A stretch of 64,000 nucleotides of DNA, from positions 1 through 64,000 of IMG/VR virus record IMGVR_UViG_3300025508_000006. One strand, written 5' to 3'. The notes below the pieces were generated by a model. The model did no database searches and was not told the origin of the DNA. It saw nothing but the letters and a program-made list of their open reading frames with translations. Shown here piece by piece: positions 36,041 through 45,470 of this stretch; positions within the stretch are counted from its first letter, which is position 1, and each line of letters opens with the position of its first letter. This DNA is from a virus. The position numbers and the translations under genes were made by a program.

Positions 36041-36937
36041 ATGTCATTCGCAAATCTAAAACGCAACCGTAACTCTATCTCCGATCTCGTCAGTGCCGCT
36101 GGTGCTGGTTCAGGCGGCGGTGGTTCTGAAAAGAAATCCTATAAAGATGAACGTCAGTGGAAACCAACTGTTGATAAAGCAGGCAATGGTTATGCTGTAC
36201 TTCGTTTTCTTCCTGCTCCTGAAACGTGCGAGACTCCTTGGGTTCGCTATTGGGATCACGGGTTTAAGGGTCCAACTGGTCAATGGTTCATCGAGAAGTC
36301 TTTGACTTCAATCGGTCAACAAGATCCAGTATCAGAAGCAAACAGTGTTCTATGGAACACAGGTACTGATGATAATAAAGCAATTGTACGTGATCGTAAG
36401 CGTCGATTGCACTATGTATCAAACGTACTGGTGGTTAGTGATCCATCTAATCCTGCCAATGAAGGCAAAGTATTCATGTACACTTATGGTAAGAAAATCT
36501 TCGATAAGATCATGGATGTTATGCAACCACAGTTCGCTGATGAGAAACCAGTTAACCCATTTGACTTCTGGGAAGGTGCCGACTTTAAACTGAAGATTCG
36601 TCAAGTTGAAGGATATCGTAACTATGATAAGTCTGAGTTCTCTTCGCCAGCACCTCTAATGGGTGGTGATGATGATCAACTTGAGCAGTTATATGAAACT
36701 GTTTATGACTTAGGCGAGTTCGCAGATCCTGCTGCCTACAAGACATACGAAGAGTTATCTGCTCGTCTTGCTCTTGTTCTTGGTGAGCAAGCACCTCGTA
36801 CGGTTGCGCAGACTGTAGCATTAGATACTAAAGAAGCACCAGCGCCTGTACGTGAAGCACCTGCTCCTGTCATGCCTAGTGCTGCCGAAGATGAAGATGA
36901 CACTATGTCATACTTCGCTAAACTAGCGGCAGAATAA
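36041..36937 (+). CDS. gp32: single-stranded DNA-binding protein gp32
   Basis: DER.WKP.VDK.GNGYAV.RFLP, HGFKGPTG.W, NPFDFWEGADFKLK, acidic tail SYFAKLA. Confidence 0.96.
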   Translation: MSFANLKRNRNSISDLVSAAGAGSGGGGSEKKSYKDERQWKPTVDKAGNGYAVLRFLPAPETCETPWVRYWDHGFKGPTGQWFIEKSLTSIGQQDPVSEANSVLWNTGTDDNKAIVRDRKRRLHYVSNVLVVSDPSNPANEGKVFMYTYGKKIFDKIMDVMQPQFADEKPVNPFDFWEGADFKLKIRQVEGYRNYDKSEFSSPAPLMGGDDDQLEQLYETVYDLGEFADPAAYKTYEELSARLALVLGEQAPRTVAQTVALDTKEAPAPVREAPAPVMPSAAEDEDDTMSYFAKLAAE

Positions 36938-36992
36938 ACGTCAATTTCATAAGACGGTAAAGGATTGCGAGTTCGCGGTCGAAGATGAAACT

Positions 36993-37019
36993 AAGGGGAC
37001 GCGAAAGCGTCCCTTTTTT
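36993..37019. terminator. intrinsic terminator between convergent genes
   Basis: gggacgc-gaaa-gcgtccc followed by T6. Confidence 0.9.
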
Positions 37020-37020
37020 A

Positions 37021-38391
37021 TTACCAGGAATACTGTGAAGAGCGTATTCCAAAACTATTTGTAGGGTTCAATATATAATTACCAGCACCGCTACTAGAAG
37101 ATACATTATTCTGAGTTGTTGTCGGAGCATTAACATTACTCACATTAGTAATATTCACTGTAGCACCTTCACCTGCCGAAATTGATGATCTAGCAATTGC
37201 GCCACTCAGTTCTTCTCGATCTGTTGATTTACTTAATCTATCAGCAGTAATTTTCTTGTTGGCACTTACAATAGAATCTGATAGAGTTTCAGGAGTCAAC
37301 TCGGCAACAGTAGTTCTACTACCAGCACCTCTTGATTTTACTCTACTTCTACTTGAACTTACACTTGTCAAAACTTCTTCTTCGGAAGCAGACTCTACTT
37401 TAGGCGCACTACCTGATCCACCACTCATTACGTGATTCCACTCTTTCATGAATGCACTTGCAGGTGATTCACCACCGGGCATAATAGCACCTATAGCGGC
37501 AACTGCACCACGTGCGAATCCTTCGAGTACATTGAATATTGTATCTACAACAACTCCGAACGTATCAGAGAAAGAAAACGAGTCAAGCAACTTAGAGAAG
37601 TTTTCGAGTCCCATCTTTTTCATCAACCATGATACACCATCTTTAAGTAAGTCAAGAGGAATCAGAACTATGTTTGCAAGACCTTTCTGTATTCCCTTTG
37701 CTAGTCCTAGAAATTTATCAAATATATCAGCACCCTCACCAAGACTGGTCATCTCTTTAAAGACTGCCATTCCCACTTCGATTGCCGCAGTGAGTGGAAG
37801 AAATACTCTACCGAGTAATCTGAAGAACCCGAAGAACTTAGCGAATGTTGCACCGAATCCTTTAACGAATGTAACTATAGGTTGGAAGAATTTACCGATT
37901 GAAGAGAAGACTTTGCCTATAACACCTCCTTTACCAAAGAATGAACCGATGCGTCCAAAGAAATCTGTCATTGGTTTAAAGAATGTGCCTACTTTTGCTA
38001 CTGCTCTACCAATCGCGCCGTCGGCAGAGAAGATTGCTTTTAACTTATTACTCCATTTAAGAAACTTTGCGCCAATATCTAGTCTAAACATTTTCAGAAT
38101 TTTGTTTAAGGTTTCACCGAAACCAGTAACGAATCCTACAACTGCACCAGTAAGACCAGCAACAATGGCAGCAAACCCGAAGTTTAGTCCTTTAACATTT
38201 TCTTCTGGTTTTGATCCTTCGGCAGGCACAGCAGGAGCAGATTCGCCAATACGTTCGCGCATCATTTCCATCTCGTCCATCTTATTACTAAACCAAAGTG
38301 TAATAAAATTATCGAGTCTACGGTCAACACGACTAAGTGTTTCATTAGTCTGCATCTGTTCTAGTACTACGTCATCCAGTGTTAGCGCCAT
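37021..38391 (-). CDS. putative tail tape-measure/gp29-like protein
   Basis: Gly/Phe/Ala amphipathic repeats, Asn/Ser/Thr-rich C-terminus; downstream of gp26/gp51. Confidence 0.6.
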   Translation of the reverse strand: MALTLDDVVLEQMQTNETLSRVDRRLDNFITLWFSNKMDEMEMMRERIGESAPAVPAEGSKPEENVKGLNFGFAAIVAGLTGAVVGFVTGFGETLNKILKMFRLDIGAKFLKWSNKLKAIFSADGAIGRAVAKVGTFFKPMTDFFGRIGSFFGKGGVIGKVFSSIGKFFQPIVTFVKGFGATFAKFFGFFRLLGRVFLPLTAAIEVGMAVFKEMTSLGEGADIFDKFLGLAKGIQKGLANIVLIPLDLLKDGVSWLMKKMGLENFSKLLDSFSFSDTFGVVVDTIFNVLEGFARGAVAAIGAIMPGGESPASAFMKEWNHVMSGGSGSAPKVESASEEEVLTSVSSSRSRVKSRGAGSRTTVAELTPETLSDSIVSANKKITADRLSKSTDREELSGAIARSSISAGEGATVNITNVSNVNAPTTTQNNVSSSSGAGNYILNPTNSFGIRSSQYSW

Positions 38392-38566
38392 TATTCTCTC
38401 TCTCTTGCTTCTCTTCTTCTAAAGTTTGCATTAACAGTATCATGTGTACCTCTCTCTCCCATGGCATCATAACCTCTAACTCTGTTAATGAATACTTATG
38501 ATACCTGGATAGCAAAAAATTAGTCTTAAAATGATTTGCTAGATTGTCGTGAGACAGGCATACTAG
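38372..38566 (-). CDS. gp51: gp51-like tail-assembly-chaperone C-terminal domain, probably reached by -1 frameshift from gp26
   Basis: SHDNL.NHFKTNF.L..YHKYSLTELE.MMPWERE; no ATG at its 5' end. Confidence 0.75.
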   Translation of the reverse strand, partial: LVCLSHDNLANHFKTNFLLSRYHKYSLTELEVMMPWEREVHMILLMQTLEEEKQERENNGANTG

Positions 38567-39258
38567 AAAAAACTCTGCATTCCCTCCAGTACAACATTAT
38601 TATGTGTACCACATTTTTCGCAGTCAAACTTAACTTCATGTTTAACTGACGGCATATCTTTCAAATAAGTCGATATCTTTTCGAACTGCTGTTGAGTCAT
38701 CGTATCGATAAATCCATCGATACTATCCTTCGATTCATCTGCCATTACAATTCTTTCTTCTTGAGTAATAACAGTCTTCATACACTTACCAAGAACACTA
38801 AACCCTGCTTCTGCTTCATCTTCGGTGAAGTCAACCATAGCATAACTCGGATACATCATCTCTACTGAGATACTATCACTTAATTTTATGATGTTATTCT
38901 TCTTACCTACTTTACATTCAATCTCGCCAATATCAACTAACTGCTCATTGTCGTGATCACACTCTTCGCAAGCGATGTTTAATGTAACAACTTCGCCTAC
39001 AGACTTTGCTCTGATCTGAAGAAACATATATTCAATATCAAATGTTGTCAATTCATTTCGTTTGATAGCATTGCCGTCAAGACATGCCATGACTGTATCA
39101 AGTACTGCATTCATTATCTGACCTATGTCTTTCGATTCAGATGCTATCAGTAAAATCTTCTCTTCTTTAACTAAGTAAGGTCTAAACTTAACTTTCTTCT
39201 TCAACGATGGAACTGTCAACTCATATTTGGGTGTATCATTTAACGATGGTAATGCCAT
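38563..39258 (-). CDS. gp26: baseplate hub assembly chaperone gp26
   Basis: MALP...PKYEL.VPS..KVKFRPYLVKEEKILL, FDIEYMFLQIRAKSVGE, two CxxC, EGMQSFF. Confidence 0.92.
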   Translation of the reverse strand: MALPSLNDTPKYELTVPSLKKKVKFRPYLVKEEKILLIASESKDIGQIMNAVLDTVMACLDGNAIKRNELTTFDIEYMFLQIRAKSVGEVVTLNIACEECDHDNEQLVDIGEIECKVGKKNNIIKLSDSISVEMMYPSYAMVDFTEDEAEAGFSVLGKCMKTVITQEERIVMADESKDSIDGFIDTMTQQQFEKISTYLKDMPSVKHEVKFDCEKCGTHNNVVLEGMQSFF

Positions 39259-39278
39259 TATTTAATTTCCTCAATAAT

Positions 39279-40010
39279 TTAATTTAGTGCTTTGAATATC
39301 TTGTTTGTTACTTTACTTGCCGCATTTGTTGATGCCGCTCCAGTTCCTGTTATTCCTACCTTTCCTTTATCTGCCGGTTCTAAGTACTCACCCTGCCATG
39401 ATTTGTATGAAAACTCTACTGTGAACTGACTAATCTCATTCTGCGATGCATCTGTAAACGTCTCATACTGAATTGACTTGGGAAATGCACGATCAAGTAA
39501 CCAATGATAGTTTGCAAATCCACTTGTTCCTGCATCAACATCTATATCAAGATTAAGAGAAATAGGACCAAGATTAATATCTTTACTAACATTAAATAGT
39601 GGTGTAGTAAATCCCTTTTCTAGTTGATAGATGTGAACTTTCTGACAGTATGTATCTGCATAACCAGCAACGTATCTTCCTTCGCCCGCATCACCAACAC
39701 GTTTAATAATACTATCCATCCAACTCTCGAAGTATCGTCGTGTTCCCTGATCATTCATCACTCTGAATGTCATACTGACTTCTGGATTGTTAAACCCATA
39801 TGCTACTTGCTGTATATCAGCACCAATCTCTCGTGCAACTGTACTAATTTGTCTCGACGGAAGTGTAACACTTGTACACATGAAGGACATATCTCTTGGT
39901 GATTGATCTCCTATACGTGGTAAAAGAACGTGATACAGGTTGGGTCTTGCCGCACCTCCTTTACTGCCAAATACGCTTTTAAATTCGTCTACGCTACCAG
40001 GTCTAAACAT
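39279..40010 (-). CDS. tail-tube-fold protein (gp54/gp19-like)
   Basis: GGAARPNLY.V, C..V.LPSR, FE.W, AFPKS, FTVEFSY. Confidence 0.75.
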   Translation of the reverse strand: MFRPGSVDEFKSVFGSKGGAARPNLYHVLLPRIGDQSPRDMSFMCTSVTLPSRQISTVAREIGADIQQVAYGFNNPEVSMTFRVMNDQGTRRYFESWMDSIIKRVGDAGEGRYVAGYADTYCQKVHIYQLEKGFTTPLFNVSKDINLGPISLNLDIDVDAGTSGFANYHWLLDRAFPKSIQYETFTDASQNEISQFTVEFSYKSWQGEYLEPADKGKVGITGTGAASTNAASKVTNKIFKALN

Positions 40011-40609
40011 TAGATCATGCTCCGTGAATCTTTATAAACTTGCCCTTTGTTACCCTGGAATTGTGCAGTTGGTAAGAAAGTAGCGATTTCCCATTCTGGA
40101 GGTGGCACATATGCCATACGCCCTTCAATCTGAGATGTTAAGTAGTGCTTGAGACAAGGTTTAAAGAATCGCATCTTCGCACTTCTCTGAAGCATAGAAT
40201 ATCTGGTCTGAAACTTTGTGGTTTCGTCGAATGCTTTATTATTAGTAACCTTCATTAACTCATCAAGAAATCTTGCACGTAATGCGATAGGCAAGTAATG
40301 AAGATTCAACCCATAGAAACCACCCTTTGCAGGACCAACAATGATAACTAGAGGAAATGCATCCCAGTAAGGAAGTGTTTTTCTACCTTTAGCATCATAG
40401 AAATACATGTACATGTCACCGATGCCAGTCTTTTGTTTCGCCTGATTAGCACCACGCAATTCTAATTCTTCTTCGCGCATTAATGCACGTCGATTAAGAC
40501 CACGCATATTCTGCACTTTACGTCTGAACCAAGACTGCGATTCTTTAGTGCGAGGTGTAATACCTGCACGAAACGCTTCTGCTTCTACTTTTTTAAATAT
40601 TTCGCTCAT
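40010..40609 (-). CDS. gp2: DNA end protector gp2
   Basis: GDMYMYFYDAK...LPYWD.FPL, GLNLHYLP, KHYL. Confidence 0.92.
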   Translation of the reverse strand: MSEIFKKVEAEAFRAGITPRTKESQSWFRRKVQNMRGLNRRALMREEELELRGANQAKQKTGIGDMYMYFYDAKGRKTLPYWDAFPLVIIVGPAKGGFYGLNLHYLPIALRARFLDELMKVTNNKAFDETTKFQTRYSMLQRSAKMRFFKPCLKHYLTSQIEGRMAYVPPPEWEIATFLPTAQFQGNKGQVYKDSRSMI

Positions 40610-40613
40610 AGTT

Positions 40614-41132
40614 CTATTTAGTCTTTTTCCTAGAGTATGGTTTCATTTTCTTTAAAGGTTTAATACTTTTCTTTGGTTTTGCTTTCTGAGTTGACTTAGG
40701 CATAATACCCATTGCAGTCAATTCATTCTCAGTCCATATCTCAAAACCCCAACCATTATCCTTAGCATATGCTGCCGCCGCTTTCCATTTGTTCTGATTC
40801 TTAATGTAAGTCAAACCTTCGTTGATATATCTTTTAGTTTTACGTGAACCTGTGGGCGGTGATAGTTCTTTGTGAGGTTTGATTTCAATCAGCACAGTCT
40901 TGCCTGTACTCTTGTATGTCAACTTCAAGTCCATGAAGTAACGATGATATCTCATATCAACTTCATAGAGATACGGTATTACGGTCTCTTCGCTTGACCA
41001 GTACTTAATGTCAGAGTTATCGTCTGCCCACATAAAGGCATATTTTTCCCATAGAGAGCGATAAACGACCTTATTATAATCCCCTTTGTACTTTTCAGGG
41101 TTTTTAACTTTATATCTTCCAGAATACGCCAT
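40614..41132 (-). CDS. gp4: head completion nuclease gp4
   Basis: Start ATG 41132 (MAYSGRY); NPEKY.GD, YRS.WE, WSSE, HRYF.D, EIKP, N..KW.AA. Confidence 0.92.
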   Translation of the reverse strand: MAYSGRYKVKNPEKYKGDYNKVVYRSLWEKYAFMWADDNSDIKYWSSEETVIPYLYEVDMRYHRYFMDLKLTYKSTGKTVLIEIKPHKELSPPTGSRKTKRYINEGLTYIKNQNKWKAAAAYAKDNGWGFEIWTENELTAMGIMPKSTQKAKPKKSIKPLKKMKPYSRKKTK

Positions 41133-41141
41133 AAATATACT

Positions 41142-41172
41142 TATAAATAACCTTACAGAAACTCTATTTAGT
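41142..41172. promoter_or_regulatory. opposed late promoters serving divergent genes
   Basis: TATAAATA (+, 41142-41149) for gp48; CTAAATA variant on the minus strand near 41165-41171 for gp4. Confidence 0.65.
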
Positions 41173-41182
41173 AGGAAATAAA

Positions 41183-42436
41183 ATGGCATCTCGCGGACAA
41201 CAAAAACGTGCAAGACAACAGGCGGAACGAGCGGCGGTTCAAGAACAAGCAGAAGAGATTGCAAAGTCGAATAATACGGATACTGGGTTTAGATTCTATA
41301 ATGAAAAATCGCAAGCGCCTGATACTGCGGCAAAGACTAAGGTTATTCATGAAGAGAATATCGAAGAACCAACGCGTGCAGAAAATCCTTCACTGTTTGA
41401 GCAAAATAAGACGCGCAATTTTAGATATCCATTGTCAATGCCCGCATCAGGAAAAGGTTATCCCGGAACGATTACGTTCGAAGCATATAACGTAAAAGGT
41501 GTTGATATAGGCAAGTCGATGAAAGATATATATGATCGACTTATTAGAAAGAAGGAAGTGGTTGAAGATGCAAGCACGGAAGATGAAAAGAAAAGGGCGG
41601 ATGATGCTAAAGAGAAGAATAGCAGAAACCAAGCAGAACTAGATAAAAGTATTTCTAAATTGGGCAAAACTGCTTCTCAGTCTTATGAAAATGTTAATGC
41701 GGGCGAATCAGTTGGTAGTGTTATATTACCATTGCAACGTGATCTACGATTCTCTGACAACGTAGTATACGAGAGTCCTCCTATAGGAATGTTAGGTGCC
41801 GGACTAGAAGGCGCGATCGGCGGTAAGAATCCGTTCGAGGGTGCTACTAACGGTGACGGTACATTTAGTACTGCCGCTTCTGCACTTGCGGCACAAGCAG
41901 TCGCAAAAGCATCAGGCGCTGGAGTCGGTGCATTAGTTGGTAAAATAGCAGGTGGTGCTTTAGGTGGTGCTGTACTTGGTTCTGGAGCAACAGAGAGTTT
42001 GGGTGATGCTGTCAAGAGTGCTACACGAATTGCATCTGCTCCTAATCAAAGAACATTATTTAAAGAAGTACAGATTCGACAGTTTGCATTTACGTTCAAG
42101 TTGATCGCTAATAGTAAGCGTGAGGCAGAAGAGATTAAGTCTATCATCAAGTTCTTCAGACAGGAATTATATCCTGAAATGATGACTGTGGGTGATAATA
42201 AAGTTCCTATCGCATACAAGTTTCCCAATGTATTTTCGATTAATGTTAAGAATCAGTTCGGTGGCAATGCTGCCTCGAAGATACAAAGATGTTATTTACG
42301 AGATGTTCAGACATCATACAATGCCACCGGTAACGGTCTACTAGAAGACGGTAGTTTTATCGAAGTAGATATATCGTTATCGTTTCAAGAAGTTAAAGCA
42401 CTTGATAAACAAATGGTTGCACTAGAGGATTATTAA
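41183..42436 (+). CDS. gp48: baseplate tail-tube cap gp48
   Basis: RYP, LF..V..RQF.F.FKL...S..EA..I..IIKFFR, KFP..F, C.L..V..Y, LSFQE. Confidence 0.82.
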   Translation: MASRGQQKRARQQAERAAVQEQAEEIAKSNNTDTGFRFYNEKSQAPDTAAKTKVIHEENIEEPTRAENPSLFEQNKTRNFRYPLSMPASGKGYPGTITFEAYNVKGVDIGKSMKDIYDRLIRKKEVVEDASTEDEKKRADDAKEKNSRNQAELDKSISKLGKTASQSYENVNAGESVGSVILPLQRDLRFSDNVVYESPPIGMLGAGLEGAIGGKNPFEGATNGDGTFSTAASALAAQAVAKASGAGVGALVGKIAGGALGGAVLGSGATESLGDAVKSATRIASAPNQRTLFKEVQIRQFAFTFKLIANSKREAEEIKSIIKFFRQELYPEMMTVGDNKVPIAYKFPNVFSINVKNQFGGNAASKIQRCYLRDVQTSYNATGNGLLEDGSFIEVDISLSFQEVKALDKQMVALEDY

Positions 42437-43233
42437 TGTCAAACTATTTCGAAAACTTTCCAAGTAATCTCTACAGTTTTGGTGACGGTGAGAATCCCGT
42501 TTACTTTCAACGATTGAGTAGGTATGTTGATTTAATCGACCAAGTAAAAGATGATATTGGAGGATATATAGAATACGAGATTCTTGAAGGAGATCGTCCT
42601 GACACATTAGCATATCGTCTTTATGGTACTAGCGAGTATGAGTGGACATTCTTTTCAATGAATGAGCGTCTGCGTGAGACTGGTTGGCCAATGAAACTTC
42701 AAGATGTGTATGACTACGCACAGACCAAAGCATACAAGAATTACACTTGTAATATCAATCTTGAAGTTGATTCTGACGCACTTATTCTTTATGGTGATTC
42801 TGCATCAGGACAACAGATGTTACTTTCAGGTCTTGCACCACTTTACGATATTGGTCAAGCAGTAATACTTGGTGAGCAACAAGGTGTAGTTACTGCTAAG
42901 AATTTAGCGGTTGGCGAGATAACAGTTAGAATTGATAGTGCTATAGCGAATCCTATTACTCCTTTGAATCAAACTTACTTGTCGTATGATGATGGAGTAT
43001 CAAATGTATTATCATTGACCTCCTCTAAGTATGAGTACGAAGGAACACATCACTTCGTCGATTCTGCAGGAGATGAGATAGATTATTTTTACAGCAATGC
43101 TGTGGGTAAAATACCGGTAACTAATCTGGAATATTTGATTGCCCAGAATCAAGAGTCTAAAAGAATACGTGTTATCAAGAAACAATTCATCGACAAGATT
43201 GTGGGTGAACACAAGCGTCTGACATCGAGATAA
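42436..43233 (+). CDS. gp53: baseplate wedge gp53
   Basis: YF.NFP, EGDRPD.LA.RLYG...W, WP, TN.EY....N..KR.I. Confidence 0.88.
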   Translation: MSNYFENFPSNLYSFGDGENPVYFQRLSRYVDLIDQVKDDIGGYIEYEILEGDRPDTLAYRLYGTSEYEWTFFSMNERLRETGWPMKLQDVYDYAQTKAYKNYTCNINLEVDSDALILYGDSASGQQMLLSGLAPLYDIGQAVILGEQQGVVTAKNLAVGEITVRIDSAIANPITPLNQTYLSYDDGVSNVLSLTSSKYEYEGTHHFVDSAGDEIDYFYSNAVGKIPVTNLEYLIAQNQESKRIRVIKKQFIDKIVGEHKRLTSR

Positions 43234-43236
43234 TTT

Positions 43237-44592
43237 ATGGCAGGAAATAACTCCCAGTATAGTATTCTTGAGGCAGCGGTAATCTCTTCATCGGCAACTG
43301 GTGAAGACAATACTGTTGACATCAAGAGCAACGTAATAGAACTTCAATTCTTCGAGCATCTAGGCAAACCCTACATTGATGCTAGAATTGTTTTCATCGA
43401 CGATATGGGTTTAAAGGCAGCATTAGGCATACAGGGTACAGAACGTATTCGTATTGTTGTGGGTGATGCAGAGCATCCCGAAGAACCAAAAATCATTAAA
43501 TACTTCTACTTTGCTAGAATAGCGGAGACGAAACGAACGAATGAAAGAAGTGAAATTATATCTGCTGAACTTGTTGAAGAGCACGTATATGTGGACGCAG
43601 TTAAACAATTTAGTAGATCATACACCGCTAATCTCGAAGACATCATAGAGAATATATGCAACCGTGATCTAGGCAAAAGTGTTGATAGATTTTTATTCAC
43701 GGGATCAGTACAGGGTGAACGAAAGATTATTGTCCCATATATGAGTCCTATTGCCGCGATACAATGGTTAAAAAATAGAGCAACTACAAAGATTGGTGCA
43801 CCTATCTATCTCTACTCAAGTCTATATCAAGATGATTTGTGCATGTCTGACTTAGACAATCTGTTGGGCGAAACGGTTATTAACAGTAGACTGCCTTTCA
43901 GATATTCTAAAGCACTTCAAGCAAGCGATGATCCTAGACGCAACTTATATGAAATCATTGATTTTAAAGAGGTTGGGGGTGACAATTCTCTCTCATTGTA
44001 CGAAGATGGTGCTATCGGTTCACTCTATTCTAATCTGGATGCTGGTACAGGCAACTCAGTTGATGATCATGTAACAGTACGTGACATCATTGATGAGTTC
44101 TATACGAATGGACTTCTATCAACAGAGTCGATACAATCAGTTTATGATCCTACTTTAGTTATTGATGGTAAATTGTCGGACGAATATAATTCTCTACACA
44201 TACATCAAGTAACATCATCAGGAACTTACAATCAGTTTCCTAGTTATCACGATGAGGCGACTTTACTTGATGGTAATAGTGATATAGTCGAATCAAGATT
44301 AAAAGTGAAGAATAAGATTATACGATCAATTATGAGAAAGAATATGATTGATATAGGTATGAACGGTACATTCTTTTTCAGTGGATCGGTTACTGTTGGC
44401 AATAAAGTTCGACTTCTTTTTCTAAGCAGTAATGTTGAAAGTGACGATAAAGATTTCGTAGAACAGATAGATACGAGAAAGTCTGGTGATTATTTAATTG
44501 TGGCAATAAATCACAAATTAACAAGTGAGAAAAATATCACACAACTAAGACTATCTAAACTTGGCGAACTACCGGACGACTTTGAGTTATGA
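43237..44592 (+). CDS. putative baseplate hub (gp27-like)
   Basis: Lies between gp53 and gp5; G.E.I, SGDYLI.AINH. Confidence 0.6.
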   Translation: MAGNNSQYSILEAAVISSSATGEDNTVDIKSNVIELQFFEHLGKPYIDARIVFIDDMGLKAALGIQGTERIRIVVGDAEHPEEPKIIKYFYFARIAETKRTNERSEIISAELVEEHVYVDAVKQFSRSYTANLEDIIENICNRDLGKSVDRFLFTGSVQGERKIIVPYMSPIAAIQWLKNRATTKIGAPIYLYSSLYQDDLCMSDLDNLLGETVINSRLPFRYSKALQASDDPRRNLYEIIDFKEVGGDNSLSLYEDGAIGSLYSNLDAGTGNSVDDHVTVRDIIDEFYTNGLLSTESIQSVYDPTLVIDGKLSDEYNSLHIHQVTSSGTYNQFPSYHDEATLLDGNSDIVESRLKVKNKIIRSIMRKNMIDIGMNGTFFFSGSVTVGNKVRLLFLSSNVESDDKDFVEQIDTRKSGDYLIVAINHKLTSEKNITQLRLSKLGELPDDFEL

Positions 44593-45470
44593 ACATTTTA
44601 ACACCCATACAGAAAGAGTTTTATGGTGATGACAATCGCTGGTTCTTCGGTACTGTTGTCAATGCACATCCGCCGACAGGTCTTGAAGGCAGAGTTAAAG
44701 TTCGTATCAATGGTGTTCATAGTCCTAGCACTGGTGATATTCCTGAGAAAGATTTACCTTGGGCACAAATACTATTACCAACTACTGAGGGCGGTGCATC
44801 TGGTGTCGGTCGCATTCCTCAGATCGTTCAAGGAGCATTCGTCTTTGGGATGTTCATGGACGGCACTACTTCTCAGTTGCCACTTATCATGGGCACATTA
44901 CCTCGTACAGAATATCCCTCTGCTGTACAGACAGGACGAAGAAACCCTGACGAGAATGCTGTTGACTACACTAAGCGAAGATTACAAAATGTAGTGACAC
45001 AGAAGTTTAAAGATGATACAGTAGAGAAAGCACGAATACCTTTACGTAGACAACAGAGCATGAAGTTCTTTATTGACAATGGTTATGATTTAATTCATGC
45101 TGCCGCAATTACTGGTGCACTTCAAGGTGAATCACAGTTTGAAATATACGACGAAGATTTCTTGAACTTCTTCGGCACTCCTAAGTTAGGCATTGCAGGT
45201 TGGAAAAAAGTCAGAACATTAGGCAGTCGATACAACAATCTACTGAAGTTTGCGGCACAGTTCTCACCTAACTCAGATTGGAAGTCTTTCTCTCTGCAAC
45301 TTCAGTTCGTTTTATATGAGTTGAGAACACAATTCGGACAAGAGAACAGTCGATTGATAGCAACAGTAAATATTAAGGATGCGAGTGAAGTGGTGAACAG
45401 ATATTACCTCAAGAATACTAATGTAACTAATAGACTTGCACAACAAGCATACGATGAGGTAATGGTTTAA
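44589..45470 (+). CDS. gp5 N-terminal OB-fold fused to a tail-lysozyme-like domain
   Basis: WFFG.V, GRVKVRI.GVH, LPWA, VFGMF.DG; then AAAITGALQGES..GIAGW...QLQFV.YEL. Confidence 0.78.
   Translation: MNILTPIQKEFYGDDNRWFFGTVVNAHPPTGLEGRVKVRINGVHSPSTGDIPEKDLPWAQILLPTTEGGASGVGRIPQIVQGAFVFGMFMDGTTSQLPLIMGTLPRTEYPSAVQTGRRNPDENAVDYTKRRLQNVVTQKFKDDTVEKARIPLRRQQSMKFFIDNGYDLIHAAAITGALQGESQFEIYDEDFLNFFGTPKLGIAGWKKVRTLGSRYNNLLKFAAQFSPNSDWKSFSLQLQFVLYELRTQFGQENSRLIATVNIKDASEVVNRYYLKNTNVTNRLAQQAYDEVMV

Noticed and set aside
37448-38422. 324-aa plus-strand ORF
   Set aside because: Antisense shadow of the tape-measure-like gene; no SD, promoter or motifs, and it lies inside a minus-strand block.
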